This document shows positions 36,545 to 45,076 of a DNA stretch of 64,000 nucleotides, piece by piece. The notes beneath the pieces are model-generated. The model was not told the DNA's origin. It saw only the letters and a program-made list of their open reading frames with translations, and did no database searches. How positions within the stretch are numbered: position 1 is the first letter of the stretch; the number at the start of each line of letters is the position of its first letter. Source of the DNA: an uncultured Solirubrobacterales bacterium (GTDB taxonomy: Bacteria > Actinomycetota > Thermoleophilia > Solirubrobacterales > 70-9); NCBI GenBank assembly GCA_963826475.1, contig CAWGXC010000002.1, positions 72,541-136,540 on the forward strand. Direction: 5' to 3'. A program made the translations under genes and the position numbers.

Positions 36545-37609
36545 TCAGGCCGCCGCGGGGGCCGACGTGACCCGACCGAGCCAGAGCGCGGGATCGGACA
36601 GCTCTCCCAGGCGAGGGAGGGAACCGGGCCCTTCCCAGGCCACGTTGAGCCCCTCGATACCGGCGCGGCCGACCACGTCGTCGGCGAAGCGCTTGCCGTC
36701 CCTGTACTGCCGGAGCTTCATCTCGAACCCGAGCAGCCAGGAGAGCAGTCGGGCAACCGTGCCGCGATCGTCGCGGCGGCGCTCCATGCCCGCTCGGAGC
36801 TCGGCGACCGACGGAGCGAGGTCCCCGGCGGCGGCGTCCATGACGTGCTCGGCGTATCCCTCGACCGCCGCCATCGTCGCCTGCACCTGAGCGATCGTCT
36901 CCCGCGATGACGGGGGAGCGAGGAGCGTCACGGGGTCGTTGGCGCGAAGCTCGGCGAGCAGACGTCGGGGATCGCTAGTCACGATGCGCCGCGCCGAGGA
37001 GATGACGGCGGTCCCCGAGACGTTCAGGGGCGCCTCGGTGAGCAGTCGGTCGGCGAGGCCGGCCAGGTGTCCGCCGAGCCACGGGGCCGAGGCGAAGTGC
37101 ACGGCGTGCGTGGTCTCATGCAGCGCGACCCACTCGAGCACCTCCTCGGGGGTGCCGCTGAGCGCCTCCGCCGCCGACTCGATGTTCGCGCCGACGAAGA
37201 CCAGCCGAGGCGGACGGTCGGCGCCGCGCATCGAGAACTCGTACTGACCGAGGACCCGCTTGGAGGCAAGTGCGATCAGCCCGCCGAGCTCCAGGGCCAC
37301 CAGGCGTCCGGCGACTGCTCTGAGCGCCCCTCCCGCCGGGCCGCCGAGCGACCCCGCCAGCCGATCCTCGACCGGGGCCAGCATCTCGCGCATTCCCCGG
37401 AGGTTCATCTCCCCCCATTCCCGCCTGCTCACCCACTCGGCCTCGGGCAGATCGCTCGCCGGCTTCAGGCCCGTGTAAGCGAGGACCGCCCGACGGGAGC
37501 GCAGGCTCGCCCCCTCCAGATCGCAGCCCGACTGCATGGAACCGGAGCCTGCGTCGCTCGTCGCCCTGAGAATCCGCTCGGCGAGCGGCCAATCGACCAC
37601 CCCGTTCAC
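36545..37609 (-). CDS. zinc-dependent metalloprotease (HExxH; DUF2342 / F420-biosynthesis-associated hydrolase-like family)
   Basis: WVALHETTHAVHF carries the HExxH motif. The GTG at 37609 overlaps the TGA of the upstream IMPase gene (GTGA). The listed ORF start at 37801 is an Arg-rich extension inside the IMPase gene. Confidence 0.75.
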   Translation of the reverse strand: MNGVVDWPLAERILRATSDAGSGSMQSGCDLEGASLRSRRAVLAYTGLKPASDLPEAEWVSRREWGEMNLRGMREMLAPVEDRLAGSLGGPAGGALRAVAGRLVALELGGLIALASKRVLGQYEFSMRGADRPPRLVFVGANIESAAEALSGTPEEVLEWVALHETTHAVHFASAPWLGGHLAGLADRLLTEAPLNVSGTAVISSARRIVTSDPRRLLAELRANDPVTLLAPPSSRETIAQVQATMAAVEGYAEHVMDAAAGDLAPSVAELRAGMERRRDDRGTVARLLSWLLGFEMKLRQYRDGKRFADDVVGRAGIEGLNVAWEGPGSLPRLGELSDPALWLGRVTSAPAAA

Positions 37610-38451
37610 CGCTCGGATGCCGACCCGGCATCCTGCGCATCTCGAACGGTCCGTAGGTTGGCGGGGTCGAGTGCAGCCGCGACCGCGTAGCGAGCGTCGA
37701 GATCGAGCATCGCATCCGCCAGTTCGAAGCCGGCGAACTCGACGACGCCTCCGGCCTCGCGGACGAGCAGCTGCGCGGCGGCGGCGTCCACTGAACGGCA
37801 ACGGCGCGCCGAGAGCATCGCGTCGAAGCGACCGGTGGCGACGTAGCTGAGGGTGATTGCGATCGAGCCGACGGCACGGACGCGATATGCCTTTCCCCGC
37901 AGGGACTCGATCGCGGGAATGATCCAGCGGGGATCCGCCGATTCGAGTCCGACGACCTCGAGGCCGGTGTCGGGGCGGGTTTCCCTTGCCGCGACCGGGT
38001 GTCCGTTGAGGGTTGCGCCCTGGCCCCGGGTCGCGGCGAACTCCTCCCGGGCGCCGAAGTCGTGGACGAAGCCGAACTCGACGTCCGCCATCGAGTCGCC
38101 GTTGGCCACAGCGATCGAGAGTGAGTGGGACGGGATCGTGCGGCGGACGTTCATCGAGCCGTCGATCGGATCGATGATGACGCGGCTGCCGGGATCGCCC
38201 TCACCGACCTGGAGCTCCCCGCGTTCCTCGCTGATCGCCAGAAAGCAGTGACCCTCGGCGGCGGCGAGGGCCCCGAGCTCCTCGAAGACGATGTCCTCGC
38301 AGCTGCGGTCGAGGGCGAGGGTCATGTCGCCACCCTCGCCGCGGCCCTCGTAGACGGTCCGCTCGGCGATGGTCGGCGTGGCCGCGAACAGATCCGCCTG
38401 GCGAGCGGCGATCCGCCTGCAGAGATCGAGCCAGTCGACTTCGGGTCGCAT
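37606..38451 (-). CDS. inositol monophosphatase family protein (SuhB/ImpA-like)
   Basis: ISEERGE, IDPIDGSMN and AVGSIAITLSYVATG motifs. The start at 38451 was chosen because TACCAT lies 7 nt upstream. Alternative ATGs are at 38460 and 38475. Confidence 0.8.
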   Translation of the reverse strand: MRPEVDWLDLCRRIAARQADLFAATPTIAERTVYEGRGEGGDMTLALDRSCEDIVFEELGALAAAEGHCFLAISEERGELQVGEGDPGSRVIIDPIDGSMNVRRTIPSHSLSIAVANGDSMADVEFGFVHDFGAREEFAATRGQGATLNGHPVAARETRPDTGLEVVGLESADPRWIIPAIESLRGKAYRVRAVGSIAITLSYVATGRFDAMLSARRCRSVDAAAAQLLVREAGGVVEFAGFELADAMLDLDARYAVAAALDPANLRTVRDAQDAGSASER

Positions 38452-38490
38452 GGCGCTCATGGTATTGGCGACCATCGCTACGGTTGGGGC

Positions 38491-41400
38491 GTGGCCGATT
38501 CCGAGCAGCGCGTGGACGGGTTCGAGCGGGCGCTCGCCCACCGCGCAGGACCGGCTCTGGTGCTCGGCACGGCGGGGTCTGGGCGGACCGAGTTGATCGC
38601 GCGGCGCGTCGCCGCGCTCGCCGACGAGGGGGTCGCGGTCGAGCAGATCGCCGTGATCACGCAGAGCGCGGCCAACCAGGCCGTCCTGAGGGAGCGGATC
38701 GCCGCCCAGCTGTCGGGCTCGTTCGAGGAGCTTTGGGTCGAGACCTGGCCGGGCTTCGCCGAGCGCATGCTCCGCGACTATGCGCTGGAGGCCGGAATCG
38801 ATCCGTTCTTCGAGCCGGCCGCGCCCGCCGACCGCCTCGCCCTCCTGCTCGATCACCTCGACGAGCTACCCCTGCGCCGCCACGAGATCCGCGGCAACCC
38901 GGCCGGGTTGCTGGCCCGCCTGCTCGAGCGCATCGACGTCCTCAAGGCCGAGGGGATCGGCCCCGGTGACCTCCGTGACCGCGCCCGGGCCGCGGAGCGA
39001 GGCGCGACCGGCCGCGTCGCCCGCGAGCAGGCGCTGAGAGAGATCGAGTTCAGCGAGATCTATGACCGCCACGACGCGCTCATGCTCGGCCTGGGCGTCC
39101 TCGACGAGAACGAGATGGTCCTCGAGCTCGGCCGGTTGTTGACGACGCACTCCGATCTCTCCGAAGCGCTCTCCCGGCGCTTCGGGTGGCTGCTCGTCGA
39201 CGAGCTCGAGGACGCCGGCCGCCCCCGGGTGGCGGCCATGCCGCTGATCGCCGCGCATGGGAACGTCCTCGCCACCTGCGATCCGGAGCAGGCGCTGAAG
39301 GCCCACCGGGCATACGGAGAGGCCGCCGCCGCCGGATTCAGGCGGGAGTTCCCTGGCGCTGAGATCTTCCACTTGGACCAGAGCCGGCGCTCGACCGGGG
39401 CACTCAGCGTGGCCGTCTCGACGGCGGCGAGGCTCGTCCCCGGTTCCTATCGCGACGGCGTCACCGACGCCCCGGGGCCGACCGCGGAGCCCGGCGGCGA
39501 CGCGGTGCGCTTCTGGCGCTGCGCGAACGAGCGAGCGCAGGCGCAGGCGGTGGCGCGGGAGGTCGAGCAGCTGCTCGCTGGTGGAGGCCACCGGCCCGCC
39601 GACATCTGCGTGCTCGCCGGCTCGACCGGGCGCTCCGGCCGGCTCGTCGCCGCAGCCCTCGAGGAACGCAGCATCCCCTTTCGCAGCGCCGGTTCGGCTG
39701 CCTTCTTCGGCCGGCCCGAGATCCGCGACACGATCGCCTGGCTGCGGGCGATCGCCGATCCGAATGACTCCGCCGCGGTCGTCAGGGCGCTGACGCGCCC
39801 GCCCGTCGAGCTGCGCTCGGTCGACCTCGCCCGCTGCACGACGATCGCGCGCCGGCGCAAGCTCGACATGGTCTCGGCCCTGGAGGCGGCGCTCGAGAGC
39901 CCGCAGCTGCCGCCGCCGTCTCGCGACCGCCTGCGCGCCTTCCTGAAGCTGTACCGCGCCGCCTCCGCGGCCTTCGACGGCCTGCGCGCGGACGTCTTCG
40001 TCCGCCGGCTGATCGAGCGGATCGGCTTTCGCCGCCACGGGCTCTTCGCCGCCAGCCCGGAGACGGCGGAGCGCCTGGTCAACCTCTCGCGCCTCGCCGA
40101 TCTTGCGGCGGGTTGGACGCGCCGTCGCCCCGACGGCTCCACCCGCGACTTCGTCCGCTATCTCGCCGCGGTCGCCGAGGCCGGCCAGCGCTTCAGCCGG
40201 CCGGCGGAGCCGCCGCCGCGGGATGCCGTCCTCGTCGCCGAGCCCGATCAGGTCAAGGGGATGCAGTTCGAGCGCGTGTATCTGCTCGGGCTCGATCGGG
40301 GAGCGCTGCGGTGGGGCGCCGAGCGTGCCGAGTGGATCCCCGACGGCCTTGCCGAGGAGGGGCTCCCACCGGCCCGCGACATGGCGGCCGCGCTTCGTGC
40401 CCGCCGCGCCTACGTCGCGATCAGCCGCGCGTGCGAGGGCGTCGTCCTCTCATATCCCGAGCAGGCCCATGGGGTCGCCTCGGGCGTGTCGGCGGTCTAC
40501 GAGGAAACGCGCGCCGCGCTCAAAGCTCCGGAGGAGAGGCACGAGGAGGAGCTCTTCGGCCCGGCCGAGGGGCTGCACTCGACGTACCGCTCGCTCCGGG
40601 ACGACGTTCTCGAGGCATCGTGGCGGGCGGGGGCAGCACTGAGCGAGATGCGCCTCGACACCGCCGAGGACGTCAACCGCGCGGTCGCCCGCTTCCTCGA
40701 GCTGCTCAAGCTCGCGGCGTTGATCCAGCGACCGGGTGGCGAGTCGACGCGAGACTCTCTGGCGGGGCTCAACGAGCTGCTCGGGAGGATCGCGACGCCC
40801 GAGCAACTCGCCGAGCTGCAGGCCTCCTCGCTCGACTCCTACGTGCTCGACGAGGGCCGCGATCAGGACCGGCGCTCCCAGCAGCTCGCCAGTCGCGGCG
40901 AGCCGGGCCTGGAGGCGTTCCTGCCGCGCCGTGGCGGCGGCCTCGGGCTGTCGGCGTCCGACGTCGACCTCTACCGGACGTGCCCGCTGAAGTACAAGTT
41001 CGCTCGCGTCTTCGCGATCCCCCAGGAGCCGACGATCAACCAGCGCTTCGGGATCCTCGTGCACAACGTCCTCGACCGCTACCACTCCGAGGAGATGCGC
41101 GGCTTCGGCGGGTCCGACGAAATGGAGGCCGGCGACGGTGGCCTCGATCGCCTGCTCGGGCTGTTCGAGGCGGGGTGGCGGCGAACCGGCTTCGGCTTCT
41201 CAGACGACGAGATGCAGTACCGCGACCGTGCCGTCGCGGCGCTGGCCCGCTACCACGAGCGCCATACGCTCGGCGCCGCGCGGCCGGTCTGGCTCGAGCG
41301 GCGCTTCTCCTTCAAGATCGGCGATCACACGATCGGCGGGCGCGTCGACCGCGTCGACCGCCATCCCGACGGCAGCTATGAGCTGATCGACTACAAGACC

Positions 41401-41688
41401 GGCGCGCCACGAAAGGCCTCCGAGCTCACCGACGACGTCCAGATCGCGCTTTACCGGATCGCCGCCCGCGACGCCTGGGACATCGAGGCCGCCGACGGCT
41501 CCTACTGGTACGTGCTCGACGATGAGAAGGTCCCGGCGGGCGGGGAGCCGGATGCGATCGAACGCGTCGAGCGCACGGTCCTCGAGGTGGCTGCCGGCAT
41601 CGCCGGTCAGGACTTCGAGCCGCGACCCGACTTCCAGACCTGTTCCTGGTGCGATTACCGGCTCATCTGCCCCGCCTCGGAAGCGTGA
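38491..41688 (+). CDS. UvrD/AddB-like SF1 helicase-nuclease with degenerate helicase motifs and a C-terminal PD-(D/E)XK / 4-Cys nuclease domain
   Basis: GTG at 38491 with TACGGT 6 nt upstream. Motif I is GTAGSGRT (Arg codon CGG at 38584..38586), motif II VDELED. The nuclease part has YRTCPLKYKF, GGRVDRVD, ELIDYKTG and CSWCDYRLICP. Confidence 0.8.
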   Translation: MADSEQRVDGFERALAHRAGPALVLGTAGSGRTELIARRVAALADEGVAVEQIAVITQSAANQAVLRERIAAQLSGSFEELWVETWPGFAERMLRDYALEAGIDPFFEPAAPADRLALLLDHLDELPLRRHEIRGNPAGLLARLLERIDVLKAEGIGPGDLRDRARAAERGATGRVAREQALREIEFSEIYDRHDALMLGLGVLDENEMVLELGRLLTTHSDLSEALSRRFGWLLVDELEDAGRPRVAAMPLIAAHGNVLATCDPEQALKAHRAYGEAAAAGFRREFPGAEIFHLDQSRRSTGALSVAVSTAARLVPGSYRDGVTDAPGPTAEPGGDAVRFWRCANERAQAQAVAREVEQLLAGGGHRPADICVLAGSTGRSGRLVAAALEERSIPFRSAGSAAFFGRPEIRDTIAWLRAIADPNDSAAVVRALTRPPVELRSVDLARCTTIARRRKLDMVSALEAALESPQLPPPSRDRLRAFLKLYRAASAAFDGLRADVFVRRLIERIGFRRHGLFAASPETAERLVNLSRLADLAAGWTRRRPDGSTRDFVRYLAAVAEAGQRFSRPAEPPPRDAVLVAEPDQVKGMQFERVYLLGLDRGALRWGAERAEWIPDGLAEEGLPPARDMAAALRARRAYVAISRACEGVVLSYPEQAHGVASGVSAVYEETRAALKAPEERHEEELFGPAEGLHSTYRSLRDDVLEASWRAGAALSEMRLDTAEDVNRAVARFLELLKLAALIQRPGGESTRDSLAGLNELLGRIATPEQLAELQASSLDSYVLDEGRDQDRRSQQLASRGEPGLEAFLPRRGGGLGLSASDVDLYRTCPLKYKFARVFAIPQEPTINQRFGILVHNVLDRYHSEEMRGFGGSDEMEAGDGGLDRLLGLFEAGWRRTGFGFSDDEMQYRDRAVAALARYHERHTLGAARPVWLERRFSFKIGDHTIGGRVDRVDRHPDGSYELIDYKTGAPRKASELTDDVQIALYRIAARDAWDIEAADGSYWYVLDDEKVPAGGEPDAIERVERTVLEVAAGIAGQDFEPRPDFQTCSWCDYRLICPASEA

Positions 41689-41984
41689 CCGCTGCTAATT
41701 TCTCGCCCTTCTGGACCTCAACGCCGCGCTCGGAGTGCGGCCGAATTAAGGGCGCAGCCTCGCGATGGACGTCAAGGTAAGCCACAAGGGAGTGCCCAAG
41801 AAGATCACCGAGATCCGCGGCGTCGACCTCCCCGCGACGTGCGAGAAGTCAGGTCCGGGGGCCAAGCTGAACGCGCGGGTCCGGAGAACTGCTCCACCGG
41901 CCCGCTCAAGTACAAGGTGAAGGCGGGCGCCGACGACGTGGTGGTCCCGCAGGCCGCCTGAGCCCGGCGGGGGGTCGAGTCGAA

Positions 41985-42019
41985 TCGCGGGGCCGTGAGC
42001 AATGGCTCCGGCCCCGCGA
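41985..42019. terminator. hairpin between convergent genes (possible bidirectional terminator)
   Basis: TCGCGGGGCCG ... CGGCCCCGCGA forms an 11-bp stem with a 13-nt loop. It lies 6 nt from the stop of the minus-strand gene. Confidence 0.4.
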
Positions 42020-42025
42020 CGACTT

Positions 42026-42739
42026 TCAGCTGCAGCGGACCAGGCCGACGCCGCCGTCGGCCTCGGTGATCACCCCGACTCCGGGGGCGTAGGTCTTGAA
42101 CTCGATCTCGGCCGGGTTCGGCGTCGTGGCGTGCTCGCGGATCTTGACCACGTTGCCGTACGTGTGGCCGCGGACGGTCCGGTGGCCGTTCGTCGCGATG
42201 ATTCGATCCGTTTCGACGGCCACCCCCGGCGCATTCTCCGACTTGAAGGTCCGGCCGACGCTTGGTCGCGCGGGCATCAGCAGCCCGGGACGAGCACCAT
42301 GCCGCCCGGCCAGCCACTGACCCTCATGGCCGACGGAACCGTCGGCGTGGAACTCGTCGACGTCCTCGCCGAAGTAGTGCACGCCGCCGCGGCGGTCCTG
42401 GGCGAAGTAATCGATGGTGCGCTCGATCACCCGCCCTGCGCCGAGGCCGGTGACCTCGTCCCGGACCACCGCGGTCTTGACGGGGTGCCCGTTGACCCTG
42501 AAGGTACGCGTCCGGCCCGTGAGCACGCGGACGATGCGGAGCGTCTGATCACCGTCGCGGCCTCGCAGCACGCAACGATGAGAGTCTGAGATGGGCAGAT
42601 AGCGGTTGGTGATCTTGGCCGAGTCGCTGCCGTAGGGCGAGCTTCCCGCGCGATTGCCGGCGGTGGCAGTCGTCGTCGCGCATGTCGCAACCAAGGTGGC
42701 CGCCGCCGCCGCGATCTGAATCCTTCGCAGTCCTGTCAT
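42026..42739 (-). CDS. secreted hypothetical protein
   Basis: ATG at 42739 with a GAGGGAG RBS. Signal peptide MTGLRRIQIAAAAATLVATCATTTATAG. No recognised domain. Confidence 0.6.
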   Translation of the reverse strand: MTGLRRIQIAAAAATLVATCATTTATAGNRAGSSPYGSDSAKITNRYLPISDSHRCVLRGRDGDQTLRIVRVLTGRTRTFRVNGHPVKTAVVRDEVTGLGAGRVIERTIDYFAQDRRGGVHYFGEDVDEFHADGSVGHEGQWLAGRHGARPGLLMPARPSVGRTFKSENAPGVAVETDRIIATNGHRTVRGHTYGNVVKIREHATTPNPAEIEFKTYAPGVGVITEADGGVGLVRCS

Positions 42740-42822
42740 CGCTCCCTCTCGATTCGAGGCCGTGCCGTCGCGGCCCTGTTGCGGCAAGGGTCCCGAACCG
42801 AGATGAGAGCCCGATGAGGACG

Positions 42823-43689
42823 CTATTCGCCGCGACGCTGGCGCAGGAAGCGCTGAAAGTCACGGGCGATCGCATCGCCGGAGGGGACGTCCTCCTGCGT
42901 GAAGCCCGCCACCTCGTCCTGCTGCTCCTCGAGCCGCTCGACCATCTCCTTGATCTCCGGGTTCGCGGCTACCGCTTGGCTGACCTGTGTCTCGAAGGCC
43001 ACGGCGGCCGCCTCGAGCTCTGCCGCCTCGACGGCGATGCCGATCATTCCCTCGAGCCGGCGCAGCAGCGCCAGACCGGCCTTCGGATTCGGGACGGCCG
43101 CCGCATAGTGAGGGACGGCGGCCCAGAGGCTCGCGGCGGTCAGGCCGCGTTCGCGGCAGATGCCGTGGAAGATGCCGAGCACCCCCGTCGGGCCCTCGTA
43201 GGAGACGTCCTCGAAGCCGAGCTGCTCGATCATCGCGTCGTCGGTGGCGAGGCCCGTGATCGGCACGGGACGAGTGTGGGCGACGTCGGCGATCAGCGAG
43301 CCGAACGTGACGACGCTCTCGACGCCGCAGCGCTCGGCGACCTCGAGGACGGCCTCGCAGAAGCCCCGCCATCGCGTGCTCGGCTCGGTGCCGCTGATCA
43401 GCAGCAGGTCGCGCTCGGCGCCGGTGGCCTTGGCGGCGACGATCAGGTTGTCGGGCCATTCGACCCCCTGCATCTTGCCTTCGACGATCTCGATCGTCGG
43501 GCGGTTGGCCTGAAAGTCGAAGAAGTCCTCGGGGTCGATCCTGGCGACGAGCTCCGTCTCGAGCGACGCGGCGATGGCGCCGATTGCGGTGCTCGCCGCG
43601 TTGGCGGCGTCGTTCCAGCCGGAGAACGAGGCGACCAGCACCGGTGCTCTCAGCACCGGGGGCTCCCGCTCCCAGACGATCGGATCCAT
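42823..43689 (-). CDS. PAC2 (proteasome assembly chaperone 2-like) family protein
   Basis: ATG at 43689 with TAGGGT 7 nt upstream. APVLVASFSGWNDAANAAS and LLISGTEPSTRW are typical of actinobacterial PAC2 proteins. Acidic C-terminus. Confidence 0.8.
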   Translation of the reverse strand: MDPIVWEREPPVLRAPVLVASFSGWNDAANAASTAIGAIAASLETELVARIDPEDFFDFQANRPTIEIVEGKMQGVEWPDNLIVAAKATGAERDLLLISGTEPSTRWRGFCEAVLEVAERCGVESVVTFGSLIADVAHTRPVPITGLATDDAMIEQLGFEDVSYEGPTGVLGIFHGICRERGLTAASLWAAVPHYAAAVPNPKAGLALLRRLEGMIGIAVEAAELEAAAVAFETQVSQAVAANPEIKEMVERLEEQQDEVAGFTQEDVPSGDAIARDFQRFLRQRRGE

Positions 43690-43754
43690 TGATCTCACCC
43701 TAGCGGCGCGCCACCGGGGGGTGGGCCGTCCGGACGCCCTTGGATGATCGAGAG

Positions 43755-44669
43755 ATGCAGGAGGCAACCGCAGATCCAGCCAGCCGCGGTGCCCCCGAGG
43801 GCGTCGCGAGCCTGCAGCCGGGGAAGCCGCTCAGCGGTCGCTTCGCGGTCGTCCGCAAGGACCGCCAGCAGTCGAAGGCGGGAACCCCGTACCTGAGCCT
43901 GGAGCTCCGCGATCGGACCGGTTCCATCCCAGCTCGGATCTTTCGCGAGGCCGATCAGCTCGGCGCGCGGTTCGAGCGCGGCGACGCGATCGAGGCGCGC
44001 GGGAAGGTCGAGCGCTTCCGCGGCAAGCTCTCCGCCGAGCTGACGACGCTGCGTCGGATCGAGCCCGGCTCATTCGATCCCGCCGAGTTTCTCCCCTCCG
44101 CCTACCGCTCCGTCGAGGAGCTGATGGGCTTCTTCGAGCACCTGACCCGCGAGATCCATGACCCGGGGCTGCGCGTCGTGGTGGAGCGCGTCGCCTCGAC
44201 TCAGCCCGTCGCCACCGGGCTGCACCGTGCGCCGTGCACCAGAAACGGCCACCACGCCTACCTAGGCGGCCTGCTCGAGCATTCGGTCGCGGTCGGCACG
44301 CTCGTCGGTGAGATCTGTCAGCTCCACCCGAAGCTCGACTCCGACCTGCTGATGGCGGCGGCGCTGCTGCACGACATCGGCAAGACGAGGGAGTTCACCT
44401 ACGGGGCCGAGTTCGGGATCAGCGACGAGGGGGCGATGCTCGGTCACCTCGCGATCGGCGCCGAGATCATCGGCGCGGCGTCGCATGACCTGGAGCCGGC
44501 TCGCAAGCTGGCGCTGCTGCACTGCGTGCTCAGCCATCACGGCCCCGAGGCCGCCGGTCGCTCCCGTGGGTCCGGCAGCGGCTTCTCGTCGCCTGAGGCG
44601 CTGGCGCTGGCCCGCCTGAACTCGCTGGAGGCGGGTGTAAAGGGAGCCTTGGAGCACGGGCTCCGCTAG
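43755..44669 (+). CDS. OB-fold/HD-domain phosphohydrolase, YhaM-like 3'-5' exoribonuclease family
   Basis: OB-like N-terminus (FAVVRKDRQQSKAGTPYLSLELRDRTGSIPARIF) and HD motifs GGLLEHSVAV, LLHDIGK, VLSHHG. ATG at 43755, alternative TTG at 43740. Confidence 0.75.
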   Translation: MQEATADPASRGAPEGVASLQPGKPLSGRFAVVRKDRQQSKAGTPYLSLELRDRTGSIPARIFREADQLGARFERGDAIEARGKVERFRGKLSAELTTLRRIEPGSFDPAEFLPSAYRSVEELMGFFEHLTREIHDPGLRVVVERVASTQPVATGLHRAPCTRNGHHAYLGGLLEHSVAVGTLVGEICQLHPKLDSDLLMAAALLHDIGKTREFTYGAEFGISDEGAMLGHLAIGAEIIGAASHDLEPARKLALLHCVLSHHGPEAAGRSRGSGSGFSSPEALALARLNSLEAGVKGALEHGLR

Positions 44670-45076
44670 TAGTCCGACGGTCGCCGGCGCTGCTGCTTGC
44701 GTTGCGACTGCCGGCGCTTCGACTCCAGCCGACGCTCCTTCGCCCCGCGGCTCGGGCGCGTCGGCCGGCGGCGCTTGGGCGGGACTAGAGCTCCCGCCAG
44801 GCGGGAGCGCAGCCGTTCAACGGCGATCGCCCGGTTGCGGGCCTGGCCGCGCGAATCCTGCGAGACGGCGGTGACGCGCGGTCCGAGCCGCGCGGCGATC
44901 CGCTCCTTCTGCGCCGAGGAGAGGCTCGACGATGCGCGCACGTCGAAGACCGCCTCGATGCGCGAGGCGGTCGTGTTGGCGTGCTGGCCGCCCGGGCCGC
45001 CCGAACGGCTCGCGCGGATCTCGATCTCCTCGAAAGGAATCGAGACGCCGTGGCCCACCTCGAGTCGGTCGCTCAT
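44666..45076 (-). CDS. arfB: alternative ribosome-rescue factor ArfB (peptidyl-tRNA hydrolase, GGQ domain)
   Basis: SGGPGGQHANTT GGQ motif and a basic C-terminal tail (KRRRPTRPSRGAKERRLESKRRQSQRKQQRRR). Confidence 0.85.
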   Translation of the reverse strand: MSDRLEVGHGVSIPFEEIEIRASRSGGPGGQHANTTASRIEAVFDVRASSSLSSAQKERIAARLGPRVTAVSQDSRGQARNRAIAVERLRSRLAGALVPPKRRRPTRPSRGAKERRLESKRRQSQRKQQRRRPSDY

